The notes beneath the pieces are model-generated. The model searched no databases. It was not told where the DNA came from and saw only the letters and a list, made by a program, of their open reading frames with translations. A stretch of 64,000 nt of DNA from an uncultured bacterium (lineage in GTDB: Bacteria; Verrucomicrobiota; Verrucomicrobiia; Verrucomicrobiales; DEV007): positions 224,001 to 288,000 of the forward strand of contig CAXBMO010000006.1 of the NCBI GenBank assembly GCA_963977015.1. Direction: 5' to 3'. Below, piece by piece: positions 47,257-57,010 of this stretch (the stretch's first letter is position 1; the number at the start of each line of letters is the position of its first letter). Made by a program: the position numbers and the translations under genes.

Positions 47257-47787
47257 TTAGGACTTTGGTGTTTTTCCTGATCCAATGATCACATCCGCGA
47301 TTCCATCACAGAGCCAATCCAGCCCCCCATTCAAAAATCGGATAGCTCCGCGCATCTGCTTCCTCCTTTTGGGTGAAGCTCTTGAATAAGTATCCTCAAG
47401 CCCAGTACCTGCATACGCGCCTCGGATGAAATGTACAAATTGGATCCACATAGGAGCTGTAATTGCTATCCCAAGCCATTTCGCTACTCCATTAAGCTTC
47501 ATTATAAGCCCTATCACTGCTAAGAGGAGACTAACTGCTCCGATAATAGAAAGTACCAGTTTGATCTGTGCGCTTAGATTTCCCTTTCTCGCTTCCTTCC
47601 AGTTCGCAGCAATTTCCTCGACTTCGTCACTCAGGGGGTCGGGCCTACTCTTTGTCTCGGTGTGCGTTTCCCATTGAAACCCACATTTGGGACATGTGAT
47701 GCGGAGTGGTTTTTGACTTACCGGAATCCGCAGCGACTGACCACATCTGACGCAATCAATGATTCTCTTCGCAGGTGGATTGTACAT
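47257..47787 (-). CDS. Zinc-ribbon membrane protein (gene cassette)
   Basis: CVRC...CPKC followed by two TM helices; lower GC; bounded by att cores. Confidence 0.75.
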   Translation of the reverse strand: MYNPPAKRIIDCVRCGQSLRIPVSQKPLRITCPKCGFQWETHTETKSRPDPLSDEVEEIAANWKEARKGNLSAQIKLVLSIIGAVSLLLAVIGLIMKLNGVAKWLGIAITAPMWIQFVHFIRGAYAGTGLEDTYSRASPKRRKQMRGAIRFLNGGLDWLCDGIADVIIGSGKTPKS

Positions 47788-47829
47788 TTGGGTGTCGTTT
47801 CGGCGTTGAGTCTACAAACCCGGATCTTC

Positions 47830-47888
47830 AGCGAACGTCCGGCACCACCCGTACCGATCAGGCGTCGGTGTGCGTGCCATTGTTAGCC
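47830..47888 (-). other. attC site (59-base element)
   Basis: Minus strand GGCTAAC AAT GGCACGCAC ACCGA..TCGGT ACGG GTGGTGCC GGAC GTTCGCT. Confidence 0.88.
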
Positions 47889-47907
47889 TAGCCGTAGTGC
47901 CAAGACA

Positions 47908-48615
47908 CTACTCAAGGATTGCCCTCTTTTTCTTCAGAAACTCTTCTTCAGTCAAAACTCCCTTTTCTCTGAGTGCCCCCAACCGCTCCAATTGAACCAG
48001 TTGGTCCTCGTCGTTAGAATTCTTGATTTCCTGTAGCTTGCCAAGATATTTTATCACGGAATCAGCGATATCATCAATAGCTGCTGAAGTCGAAAACTCT
48101 CTACGGTCGGACGCTACCATTAATCTTCCCTCCTTGGTTATCATGTATTTAGTCACCTCCTGGAGTGGGATTCTCTCACTCTTCACTTCCAGTGTTGCGA
48201 TGGTAAGTGCTGTGGAGAGAATGTTTCCTAAGATACCGCCACCCATGTCTTTTTCGACTCCCTTTGACTCTATGAGAAAGATATTCTCGAACGTGCAAGC
48301 AATAATGCCGTTGCCTGTAATCCATATCTTCCTAACTTCCTCAGCAGGTTGAAGTTCTTCTCGAAGTTTGTCCGGGTATTTCTCATATACATCAATCGCA
48401 GACTTCATTCTGATTTCCTCTTCACCGGGATATGAGACAGGTTCGCCGCGATGAAGCTCGTCTATCGCTTCTCGGAAAACATTATCTACTTTGTCGCCCA
48501 GAAAGATCGCTTTACAATTGACGCATTGCACTTCGGCCCTCCGCAACACTTCGGGTATTTGGTGTTCTTGGCCACATTTGGGGCATGGCACAATCAGAGC
48601 GTTTTCGTTATTCAT
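47908..48615 (-). CDS. Zinc-finger plus SHOCT domain protein (first gene cassette)
   Basis: CPKC...CVNC at the N-terminus; LERLGALREKGVLTEEEFLKKKRAIL SHOCT at the C-terminus. Confidence 0.82.
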   Translation of the reverse strand: MNNENALIVPCPKCGQEHQIPEVLRRAEVQCVNCKAIFLGDKVDNVFREAIDELHRGEPVSYPGEEEIRMKSAIDVYEKYPDKLREELQPAEEVRKIWITGNGIIACTFENIFLIESKGVEKDMGGGILGNILSTALTIATLEVKSERIPLQEVTKYMITKEGRLMVASDRREFSTSAAIDDIADSVIKYLGKLQEIKNSNDEDQLVQLERLGALREKGVLTEEEFLKKKRAILE

Positions 48616-48629
48616 TTTCAAGATTGTGG

Positions 48630-48700
48630 GGCTAACAGTATAATATTCCACTTGAAGGGCCGATATCCAAATCATGAAATTGGGCTTAAATGATTAAGAA
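48630..48700 (-). other. Putative attI site
   Basis: GTTAGCC core (48636-48630) opening the first cassette, preceded by AT-rich non-palindromic DNA. Confidence 0.55.
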
Positions 48701-48846
48701 ATGTTGATTGGTTGCCTTTGGTATTCATGATGATTCACGAGGGTTGTGGGAATTGTCAAAATCTGGCTGCCGCTCTGAGATTGCTAGTGGACTAGCAATA
48801 CGGGATTTTGCCGATTTCGACAAGGAAGTTTCGAGACGTTTTTGAG

Positions 48847-48925
48847 GTGGAATATCGGAGGGAGTGGAGGAGGCGGATTGACTTTGATGATTGGGTGGAG
48901 CTTCTTGGACTTGCCATCCATCGGC
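48847..48925 (+). pseudogene. Possible 5' stub of a deleted integron integrase
   Basis: Divergent from the array where intI is expected; MEYRREWRRRIDFDDWVELL then runs into REP-like DNA. Similarity to verrucomicrobial IntI N-termini is from memory only. Confidence 0.3.
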
Positions 48926-48927
48926 TT

Positions 48928-49150
48928 GAGCCCAGCCTGAAAGGCATGGAACATGCCAGCCCCGGCCAGAGGGCGGAACGCCCGGCGGGCCGGGGAAAAT
49001 ACCGGTGGTCATGGAAAGGCCTGAAAGGCCGGGACACAGGTGGACCGCCCCTTTCAGGGGCCGATTTCCCCCTTCGGCAATCCCAGGGCCGGGGTGGTGC
49101 TCTCGCAACGGCGCGACGAGCGCGGCGGCGGGGGTTGAGTCGGCTGGAAT
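48928..49150. repeat. REP-like palindrome cluster
   Basis: GCCTGAAAGGC twice, CCCTTTCAGGG, CCCCGGCC...GGCCGGGG. Confidence 0.65.
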
Positions 49151-49266
49151 GATTGGGGATTGCCTAACCGGTTTTGGTCTGATACGTGAGCTGGCTGCCC
49201 AAAAGATAGGGTGAAGGGCTATAACTCACGATTCTGCTTCAATCCCTTTGGAGACGGTTTCATCAA

Positions 49267-50406
49267 TCAGCGTGGTCGAAGAACTTGTGCACCGGCTCGA
49301 ATTTGGCCAGGGGTCTTGTCGAGGCGTTGTTTCAGGACGTAGCCGAGGTATTCCTGGTGGCGAAAGCCGGTTCGCGAGGCGATTTCGGCAAAGGGGAGGT
49401 CGGAACGCCGGATCAGGTCGACGGCACGTTTCAGGCGATGGTCGACGAGAAATTCGCGGATGCTCCGGCCAGTGGCGAGGCGGAAGCGTTGTTGGATGCG
49501 ACTGCGGGAGACGCCGGCGGCCCGCCCGATGGCTTCGTTGTCGATCGGCGATGCCAGGTTCTCCCGGATGAACTGCATTGCTTTGCGGACGACGGGATCG
49601 GAGATGCCGCGGCTGTCGGTGGATTCCCGGTCCACGATTCCGGTCGGCGGGACCAGAACCGTCGATGCCGGTGGGGCTTCGCCATCGAGGAGCCGGTCCA
49701 TCCACTTTGCGGCTTCGAATCCGACACGGAAGTGGCCGCCCCGAACGCTGGTGAGCGGCGGTGCGCTGATTTCGCACAACGCGAGGTCGTTATCGACTCC
49801 GGCGACGGCGGCCTGCTCGGGCACGCTGATGCCTTCGATGCGGCAGGCCTCGAGGAGGATGAGTCCGCCTTGGTCGCTGCAAACCATGATTGCCACCGGT
49901 TTCGGCAGTCCGCGCAGCCAGGCCCGCAACCTCCGGTCGTCCGGATGGCGGCCGGTTTCGAGTACGTGAAACGATTTCGCGTCTTTGCAGGATTGCCGGA
50001 AGGCGTCGCGACGGCGCTCTGACCAGTTCTCGCCCTCGATGCCGTAGAAGGCGAAATGCTGGAAGTCGCGCTGGAGAAAGTGATCGGCGATGAGCGCCGA
50101 AATTTGGTGGTCGTCGACGTGGACCAATGGGAAATTGGTTTCGTAAACACCGAGCACGTCGATGACCGGAATCTTCAATCGATTTAGGTTGTGGGCGATT
50201 TCGGCATTTTGAACCCGGGCAATCACGCCATCGCCGTCCCAATCGTCGAGCCAGTCCGGAACGGCTTCCTCAAGGCTGCGCACGGCGTGAAAAACCTCCC
50301 AATTCTCCGTTTGATGGGCAAAACTGGCGATCCCGCGCAGAATCTCCCGCCCGGAGCCGAGGGAGGTTTCCACGATCAGGGCGACTTTTTTTCGTTGTCC
50401 GTGCAT
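49267..50406 (-). CDS. XylR-type regulator (periplasmic-binding-protein-like sensor plus AraC HTH)
   Basis: VALIVET...GREILRGI, WDGDGVIA, GVDND..CE...PPLTSV, C-terminal AraC HTH. Confidence 0.9.
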   Translation of the reverse strand: MHGQRKKVALIVETSLGSGREILRGIASFAHQTENWEVFHAVRSLEEAVPDWLDDWDGDGVIARVQNAEIAHNLNRLKIPVIDVLGVYETNFPLVHVDDHQISALIADHFLQRDFQHFAFYGIEGENWSERRRDAFRQSCKDAKSFHVLETGRHPDDRRLRAWLRGLPKPVAIMVCSDQGGLILLEACRIEGISVPEQAAVAGVDNDLALCEISAPPLTSVRGGHFRVGFEAAKWMDRLLDGEAPPASTVLVPPTGIVDRESTDSRGISDPVVRKAMQFIRENLASPIDNEAIGRAAGVSRSRIQQRFRLATGRSIREFLVDHRLKRAVDLIRRSDLPFAEIASRTGFRHQEYLGYVLKQRLDKTPGQIRAGAQVLRPR

Positions 50407-50513
50407 CGGTTTCGCAGTGATCCGATTTCTACAAAGTTTAAACCATTCTCTCAAGAGGAAAGCGTTGCCAGCCCGGATTCCAGCTTCTTAGGTGGAGGCT
50501 CTGTTCAAACGTT

Positions 50514-51314
50514 ATGAAACCCCTCAAACTTGCCCTCTATCTAGGCCTGGGATGGCTGTTGCTGTGCCCTTCCTTCGCTGCTGAAGAAAACGCAACGCCG
50601 CAGGAAGCCGCCGAATCGGAACTGATCGAAGATCCGCTGGGCTCCGAACTGGTGGAGGTGAACTGGCTGGAAGAGATGATGGAAGGCGGGCTGACGATGG
50701 TGGCGCTGAGCATCCTGTCCGTGGCCCTGGTCGCTTTGCTGATCGAACGTTTCCTGACACTGAAGCCGGAAAAATTCGTTCCCTCGCCGTTGATCGAGAC
50801 GGTCCGGCCGCTGTTCGCGAAGAACGATTTTGCGGGGATCCGAAGCGCCTGCGACGAGCATCCCTCAACCGCGGCGGAGGTTATCCGGCATTGCGTGGAT
50901 TACCGGGAAACGGAGTTCGATCTGCTCCAGACGAGCGCGGCGGATATCGCGGCCCGCGCCGTGGTCGATCAGGAAGAGAAGTGCAATCCGCTCAGTGTCA
51001 TCGCGGGCGTGGCGCCCTTGCTGGGACTGCTCGGAACGATGATCGGGATGATCGAGTCCTTCAAGCTGGTGGAGGTTTTCGGGGATGAAGGAGGCGCATC
51101 GTTGCTGGCGGGATCGATTTCCAAGGCGCTCATCACCACGGCCGTCGGGCTGATTCTGGCGATTCCCGCCGTGCTGGGCTACCACTGGGCGCGACGCCGG
51201 GTTCATCACATCTCCAACGCGATGGAGGTGGAGACGGAATCGCTGCTCAAGCACTGGTTTCTCCTCAAGGCCGCCGATTCCGATTCTGATTCTGAAACCG
51301 CCGTTGCGTCGTGA
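50514..51314 (+). CDS. exbB: MotA/TolQ/ExbB proton channel
   Basis: APLLGLLGTMIGMI, LAGSISKALITTAVGL. Confidence 0.9.
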   Translation: MKPLKLALYLGLGWLLLCPSFAAEENATPQEAAESELIEDPLGSELVEVNWLEEMMEGGLTMVALSILSVALVALLIERFLTLKPEKFVPSPLIETVRPLFAKNDFAGIRSACDEHPSTAAEVIRHCVDYRETEFDLLQTSAADIAARAVVDQEEKCNPLSVIAGVAPLLGLLGTMIGMIESFKLVEVFGDEGGASLLAGSISKALITTAVGLILAIPAVLGYHWARRRVHHISNAMEVETESLLKHWFLLKAADSDSDSETAVAS

Positions 51315-51784
51315 ACCTTCGCTCCCGTCGCAAGAAGCCGCCGGAATCAGGAGTGTTGCTTTCGCCCCTGATCGATTGCGTGTTTCTGCTGCTGATCTTT
51401 TTCCTGGTTACCAGCATGATTAAGCGATTCGAGCGGCAGATCCCGGTGACCCTGGCGGATGACACGTCCGCCATCACCCTCGATCCCCACGACGACTCCT
51501 TTCCCATTGGCGTAACCACGGAAGGCCGGCTCTATGGCCCGAGCCGCAAGAATGAATACGGGGTGCGCATCTTTGAGCCCCTGGATGATCCGGAAGCCTT
51601 TCTCAAGCAATTGATCGTCGATCACGGGTCCCGTTCTCCGGTCACGGTGTTGGTGGAGCGCGGCACGTCGTTCCAGAAGGTGATTCGAGTCCAGGACCAA
51701 CTGGAACTGATCGGGTTCGAGAATATCCGTTTCCGAATTCGGGATCTTCCACTCAACAACACCCGATCCGGCATTCGAAGTTAG
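51311..51784 (+). CDS. exbD: ExbD/TolR family protein
   Basis: SPLIDCVFLLLIFFLV. Confidence 0.88.
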   Translation: MNLRSRRKKPPESGVLLSPLIDCVFLLLIFFLVTSMIKRFERQIPVTLADDTSAITLDPHDDSFPIGVTTEGRLYGPSRKNEYGVRIFEPLDDPEAFLKQLIVDHGSRSPVTVLVERGTSFQKVIRVQDQLELIGFENIRFRIRDLPLNNTRSGIRS

Positions 51785-51803
51785 TTAGCCGCCTCCCACC
51801 GCC

Positions 51804-52229
51804 ATGCGAATACGCCGCCGCAGCAATCAACCCGACGCCGAGGTCTCCATGGGGCCGCTGATCGACTGCGTCTTTCTTCTGCTGATCTTCTTCCTCGTCG
51901 CGACGATGTATAAGAAGGAGGATCGCGATATCGACATCGTTCCGCCGGAATCTTCCTCCGCCGTGAGAATGCCGCCGGACGACGACCAGGTGGTTCTCGG
52001 GATCGACCGGTTTGGCGAGGTTTTTTGGCAAGGGTCCGCGGTGTCGCGCACGGACCTGCATCGCCGCCTGCGGGATCTGGCGCAGACGGAACCGGACCGG
52101 CAGATTCGGCTCGATGCGGACTCTGAGACCCCTTTTGAACTCGTCGTCGAACTGCTGGACATCTGCCAGTTTCGCGGATTGGGCAACGTGGGAATCCGAA
52201 CCTATGATGATCGCTATAACCAACGCTGA
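51804..52229 (+). CDS. exbD: ExbD/TolR family protein
   Basis: MGPLIDCVFLLLIFFLV, IRLDAD. Confidence 0.9.
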   Translation: MRIRRRSNQPDAEVSMGPLIDCVFLLLIFFLVATMYKKEDRDIDIVPPESSSAVRMPPDDDQVVLGIDRFGEVFWQGSAVSRTDLHRRLRDLAQTEPDRQIRLDADSETPFELVVELLDICQFRGLGNVGIRTYDDRYNQR

Positions 52230-52238
52230 CTACCGCGC

Positions 52239-54677
52239 ATGAAGAGGAGATTCGTTATCATATCCGTCGGGATCCACGTGCTCTTCCTCGTGATGGTGGG
52301 GCCGTATCTCTATACGCGCATGGAGTTCGACAAGGAAGAGGAGGCCAACCGAACCGAGGAAGTCCGCAAGCGTGAACTGGAGCGTCAGGAGTATGAAAAG
52401 GCGAAGCGTGAAGAACAGCAGCTCACGGAATTGCAGGCCAGGAAACTGAAGCGCGAGGCCACCCGGAAAAAGCAGGAGGAGCTGGAGAAGGAGCTACAGC
52501 GCCTGCGCGAGTTGCGCGAGGAGATCGCGGAAAAGCGGAAGGAGGCATTGCGCAAGATCGAGCAACGCACCGAGCGGGACGTGCTGGATCTCGAACACAT
52601 TGACTTCACGCGCCTGGCGCGAAAGCTGGAAGCGGAGGTGGAGTCCGTGACCGACCTGGCCGCTCGTCGTCATTTGGTGGCCGGGGCCTATGGTAGTGGA
52701 TCGAATGGAGTCATCGGGAAACTGGACGACCTACGACTCTATGGCCAATTACTGGACGACGCGGAGATGAATGCTCCGCCGTCGGAGGGACTGCTTCGTC
52801 GCTGGCGATTCGAGGGAGATTTGCGCGACGAGGTTTCCGGCAAGGAGATCGGGATACTGAGGTATGGCGGGAAGTTGGTCGAGGGCGGTGCTGAAGGAGA
52901 CCAGGCCTTTCATGGAAACGCCAAGAATGGGCGGGCCGTGTTGGGAGACCAGGGGTTTGGCGATCAGTTCACCATCGTCGTCTGGGTCCACACGACCGCG
53001 AATCTGAAAACCCAGGTGCTGGCTACCAACAGCCATGCCACCACCTACCAAAGCGGGTTTCGGCTCTTGATCGATGAATGTGAGTCAGAGGACGCTGAGT
53101 CGGGAACGCTGAAGCTGGTAACCAGTGGCCTCGGCAGCGGCAGCAGGACCAAGACGATTGCCAGCACCGAGAACGCGCTGCCCTTTGGCGAATGGGCCCT
53201 CGTCGCGATGCGTATCGATAAGGCGACGCTGAGTGCGGACCTCTTTGTCAACGGTGCGAAGGTTACCGCGGCGGGCGGCGAGGTCGCGAAAGACGTCTTC
53301 ACCGCGGTCACGCAGATCGACGTGTCCCTGGCGCAACAGGCTCGGGAGTTCCGGGAAGCGATCGAGGCTCAACCGATCACTCCGGCGCAGGTTCCCGAGT
53401 TCAAGAAGCAGTTGGAGAAGCTCGAGGAGGAAGTGGCGTCCAAGAGCGAGAACAATCCTTCCGACATCCAGAACGCAATCCAGGAGACGATCAACGTCGC
53501 CCAGGCCCTGGCGGAGGAATTGGACGGGCTGGAGGCCAAAACCGACCTCACGGCGATGAACGACACCAGCGCGGCGACGGCTGACTTCGATCCGCCCGCA
53601 TCGTCGGAAATCGCGACACCCGCGGAGATGTACGAGCAGGCGCAGGAACTCGAGAACCAGATTGCGGAAGCGAACGCGGATATCCAGGCCGCTCAGGACG
53701 CTGCCCAAAAGAACTTGTCTTACCAGGAAGCTCGCCAACCAATCACGCCGATGACGCCTCCCCGTCCGGACCTCGCCGAAGCGCTGAGTCGCAACCCGCT
53801 GAAAACCGTGGGCGAGCTGAACGAGCTGCGCAACTCGCTCCAGGAAGCGGAGAACGAGATGAAAGACATGACCGCCCGGGCGGAAGCAGCGCTGGGCAAA
53901 ACTCCGAACGAAGCGGGCGAGGAATCCAGCCCGCAAACCCGGCCCGCCGCTGCCTTTGCCTCCACCGCCGCCCGGGTCAACGCCGCCATCGCGAGCGGCA
54001 AGGCCGGATCCGTTGTAAACATGGTAGGGACGGCCGGAGGCGACGGAATTTCCGAAGGCATGCGGGCTGACGAGTCCGGCGAAGGGGCGGGCATGGAACT
54101 GGGCGCCACCAGCCCGGCGCCCCGGTTCGACCGTAGCGAGATTTTGAAGAAAGCGCTGCCCGGGCGCCGGTTTACAGCTGATAGCCTGCGGCGCGGCTGG
54201 CTCTATGTCGATACGTGGTATGTGATTGGTCCCTGGGAGAACCATTCCCGGATCGACTATACCAATACCCATCCGCCGGAATACGACATCGACTTCGACG
54301 CGCGTTACCGGGACGGCAAATTTGCCGATGAACCGGATCATCCCAGCCAGATCCTGAAGTGGGAATTCTATCAAAGCGACCAGGTGCGGAGTCAGCCACC
54401 CCGGGTTTATGGAGCCAGCACCTACTATGCCTACACGGACCTCTGGTTCGAGCATCCGCGCACCATGCTCATCGCCGTGGCATCCGACGACGCGGCGCGC
54501 ATGTGGCTGAACGGCGAGCTGGTCTGGCAGGATGAAGGATTGTCGCCCTGGACGCTGGGCGAAGGATACCGCCGGGTCTACTTTCGCCAGGGCTTTAATG
54601 ATCTCCTCGTGCGAATCGAGAACGGCCCCGCACATTGTGTGTGGAGCGTTTTGCTTTGCCCGGCGGAGGTGGAATGA
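52239..54677 (+). CDS. Membrane-anchored coiled-coil protein with LamG-like domain and C-terminal beta-sandwich
   Basis: SVGIH (S-x3-H) TM anchor; coiled coils; GKLDDLRLY/FTIVVWV/LFVNG LamG-like; WYVIGPW, SDDAARMWLNG. Confidence 0.75.
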   Translation: MKRRFVIISVGIHVLFLVMVGPYLYTRMEFDKEEEANRTEEVRKRELERQEYEKAKREEQQLTELQARKLKREATRKKQEELEKELQRLRELREEIAEKRKEALRKIEQRTERDVLDLEHIDFTRLARKLEAEVESVTDLAARRHLVAGAYGSGSNGVIGKLDDLRLYGQLLDDAEMNAPPSEGLLRRWRFEGDLRDEVSGKEIGILRYGGKLVEGGAEGDQAFHGNAKNGRAVLGDQGFGDQFTIVVWVHTTANLKTQVLATNSHATTYQSGFRLLIDECESEDAESGTLKLVTSGLGSGSRTKTIASTENALPFGEWALVAMRIDKATLSADLFVNGAKVTAAGGEVAKDVFTAVTQIDVSLAQQAREFREAIEAQPITPAQVPEFKKQLEKLEEEVASKSENNPSDIQNAIQETINVAQALAEELDGLEAKTDLTAMNDTSAATADFDPPASSEIATPAEMYEQAQELENQIAEANADIQAAQDAAQKNLSYQEARQPITPMTPPRPDLAEALSRNPLKTVGELNELRNSLQEAENEMKDMTARAEAALGKTPNEAGEESSPQTRPAAAFASTAARVNAAIASGKAGSVVNMVGTAGGDGISEGMRADESGEGAGMELGATSPAPRFDRSEILKKALPGRRFTADSLRRGWLYVDTWYVIGPWENHSRIDYTNTHPPEYDIDFDARYRDGKFADEPDHPSQILKWEFYQSDQVRSQPPRVYGASTYYAYTDLWFEHPRTMLIAVASDDAARMWLNGELVWQDEGLSPWTLGEGYRRVYFRQGFNDLLVRIENGPAHCVWSVLLCPAEVE

Positions 54678-54762
54678 ATCTGATTTCTCACAACCCATTG
54701 CGGCATTGGCGACACCTCCACTTGAAATGCTCTAACTAAACTCCCTCACGAAATACCTCATC

Positions 54763-56469
54763 ATGCATCCTCTATTGACATTGCTATCTTCGGTGATTGT
54801 AACCCTGCTGATTCCCTCGCTTTTGAAGGCGGAGAATGACATCGGCGTGTTTGGAATCGGCAGTTGCCACATCAACAATCGCTCCGTTAAAGACAACGAA
54901 AGGTGGGTTCCGCAAATGGAGGCGATCGGCCTCAAATATTATCGCTCCGGTCAGACTGGCTGGTCGGCCGTGGAACCGGAGGAAGGAAGCTGGAAGTGGG
55001 ATACGCTGGATCGGCAGATGGAATATCTTGAGGGGAGGGGATTCACGTTTGGAGGCATTCTCATTGGCAACCCCGGGTGGAATAGCAAAGACCCTCGCGG
55101 CTCTTTACCGGTCAACCACATCGAAGGTTGGTCGGCTTATGTGTCGGCCATTGTCGGTCACACCAAGGGAAAGATTAAGTACTGGGAGGTTTGGAATGAG
55201 CCCCCGAATTTCACTGGCAAGGATCAAACGCCGGCGGACTATGCAAAGATCGTGGTGAGCGCCTACAACGCTGCCAAGAAGGCCAATCCCGATTGCCTGG
55301 TCGGTCTGGCCGCAAAATCTCTCCACATCAACTATCTGGAACAAGTCATCCAGGCCGGAGCGAAAGATCATTTCGATTTTATTACCCTTCATCCCTACGA
55401 GGTTCTGGATGGTGTGGCGGGCAGCCGTGGAACCGAACCGGTTTTTATGCATATTGAGCCCACCGTCCGGAAGATGTTGGCGGCTCAGAATCCTGAGAAA
55501 GTGGATGTGCCCATCGTCTTTACGGAGTTGGGATGCAGCGTGAAAAAGGGAGCCGATGTTCAAGCGCATACCTTGGTCAAAGCCTACACCATGAGTATCG
55601 CCCAGGGCATCGCCTGCGTGCATTGGTTTGAAGGAAGGGATGGTGATAGCGGGCCACTCGGCTTGCTCGACCGCAAAGGCAATCCGCGCCCCTCCTATCA
55701 CGCGCTGGGGCATCTGATTCAGTATCTCGGTCAGGAACCGGAGTATTTGGGATGGATTCAGGAAAACGAATCTCAGATTGGCTTTGTCTTTGCAGGAAGG
55801 GAAGAACCGGTGCTCGTCATCTGGGATAAATATCAAAAGACGAGGGAGTTCGATTTTGGGGCGCCGGTGCGGATCGTGAATCTGATCACGGGAACACCGT
55901 TGACGGGAGATCGCTACCCATTGACATCAGCACCGGTGCTGGTGACGGATTTGCCCGAGCATCTCGTGAATCAAGCTCGCGAGAATCGAGCCAATCTCAT
56001 TCCGTGGGGCGGGAATTTTGCGGATCAAAAGACTGTTTCCCTGACGATGGGAGATGAACCGGTCGCAAAAGGGCTTCATACCCGTTCCGGCGAGTCGGTT
56101 GCGGAAGCGGTCACCGGCTATGGTGGTTCGGCGCGTGCCGGGGGCGTGCCGGGTGGCAATCTGTTTATCGTTGATCCAGGATTCATGACCTACACCTCCG
56201 AACCCATCGAAATCAAAGCGGTGGTGCGAAGAAACAGCGCCAACGACAATGCCGGGTTCAAGTTGGTCTATGAATCGACGGATGGTTTCAAAACCGCCGG
56301 TCACTGGTACACGATCCCTGACAACAAGAAGTGGCATACGGTCACCTGGAGGATCGATGATCCCCAATTCGTTCGCTACTGGGGATACAACTTCGCGTTG
56401 GAGTCCGATGGCAGCAAATACAACAAATACTATATCCAAAGCGTGTCGGTGACGAAACTGGGGGAATAG
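54763..56469 (+). CDS. Secreted clan-A glycoside hydrolase (GH39/GH5-like)
   Basis: W..VEPEEG.W.W, WEVWNEP acid/base, LHPY, VFTELG nucleophile. Confidence 0.82.
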   Translation: MHPLLTLLSSVIVTLLIPSLLKAENDIGVFGIGSCHINNRSVKDNERWVPQMEAIGLKYYRSGQTGWSAVEPEEGSWKWDTLDRQMEYLEGRGFTFGGILIGNPGWNSKDPRGSLPVNHIEGWSAYVSAIVGHTKGKIKYWEVWNEPPNFTGKDQTPADYAKIVVSAYNAAKKANPDCLVGLAAKSLHINYLEQVIQAGAKDHFDFITLHPYEVLDGVAGSRGTEPVFMHIEPTVRKMLAAQNPEKVDVPIVFTELGCSVKKGADVQAHTLVKAYTMSIAQGIACVHWFEGRDGDSGPLGLLDRKGNPRPSYHALGHLIQYLGQEPEYLGWIQENESQIGFVFAGREEPVLVIWDKYQKTREFDFGAPVRIVNLITGTPLTGDRYPLTSAPVLVTDLPEHLVNQARENRANLIPWGGNFADQKTVSLTMGDEPVAKGLHTRSGESVAEAVTGYGGSARAGGVPGGNLFIVDPGFMTYTSEPIEIKAVVRRNSANDNAGFKLVYESTDGFKTAGHWYTIPDNKKWHTVTWRIDDPQFVRYWGYNFALESDGSKYNKYYIQSVSVTKLGE

Positions 56470-56710
56470 TTGGGCGGCAAAGGTTCCAATAAGGCTGATC
56501 CTTCCCCGACAACAACATCTCGATTTGGAATTCGCCGCACCCAGCCTACGCATGGTGACTTGGACCAATGAAGCAGAACTCAATCCACCGATTGTCCCGG
56601 TTGCCAGTCTGGTTGATGAAGGGGTGCATGCGTCCTGAAAACATCCTTTTCGCGCTTCTCACATGAACTGAAGCGGATTCAAAAATACGCGAGTCCGATT
56701 CACTGGCACC

Positions 56711-56949
56711 GGCCAAAATGCATTGACAGGTGTGGACCGGGTTTTCTATGCTCGCATTGTGCCAACCGGGAGTGAAATTCAGCCTTGGTTGGGGCAAATC
56801 AACTCGCCTGAAAGCCAAAGGGCCAGTTTCCCAATTTCAAACCGATATTTGGGAGAAGATTTTCCCCTTCCGCCTCCTGGTCCCCCTCCAACCCCAGCCA
56901 AACCGGACTCGTGGCCCACGTGTCGTGAAACGCAAATTCCTACCAGTTG
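56711..56949 (+). promoter_or_regulatory. Duplicated promoter/leader, copy 1
   Basis: TTGACA-18-TATGCT, TCCCAA-14-TTGGGA, GTGAAACGCAAATTCCTACCAGTT; homologous to 59861-60033. Confidence 0.75.
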
Positions 56950-57010
56950 ATCTCGGAAAGGCGCGCTCGATAGTCTGTCGAAGGCCATCCGGCATTGATG
57001 GGATTTGCGG

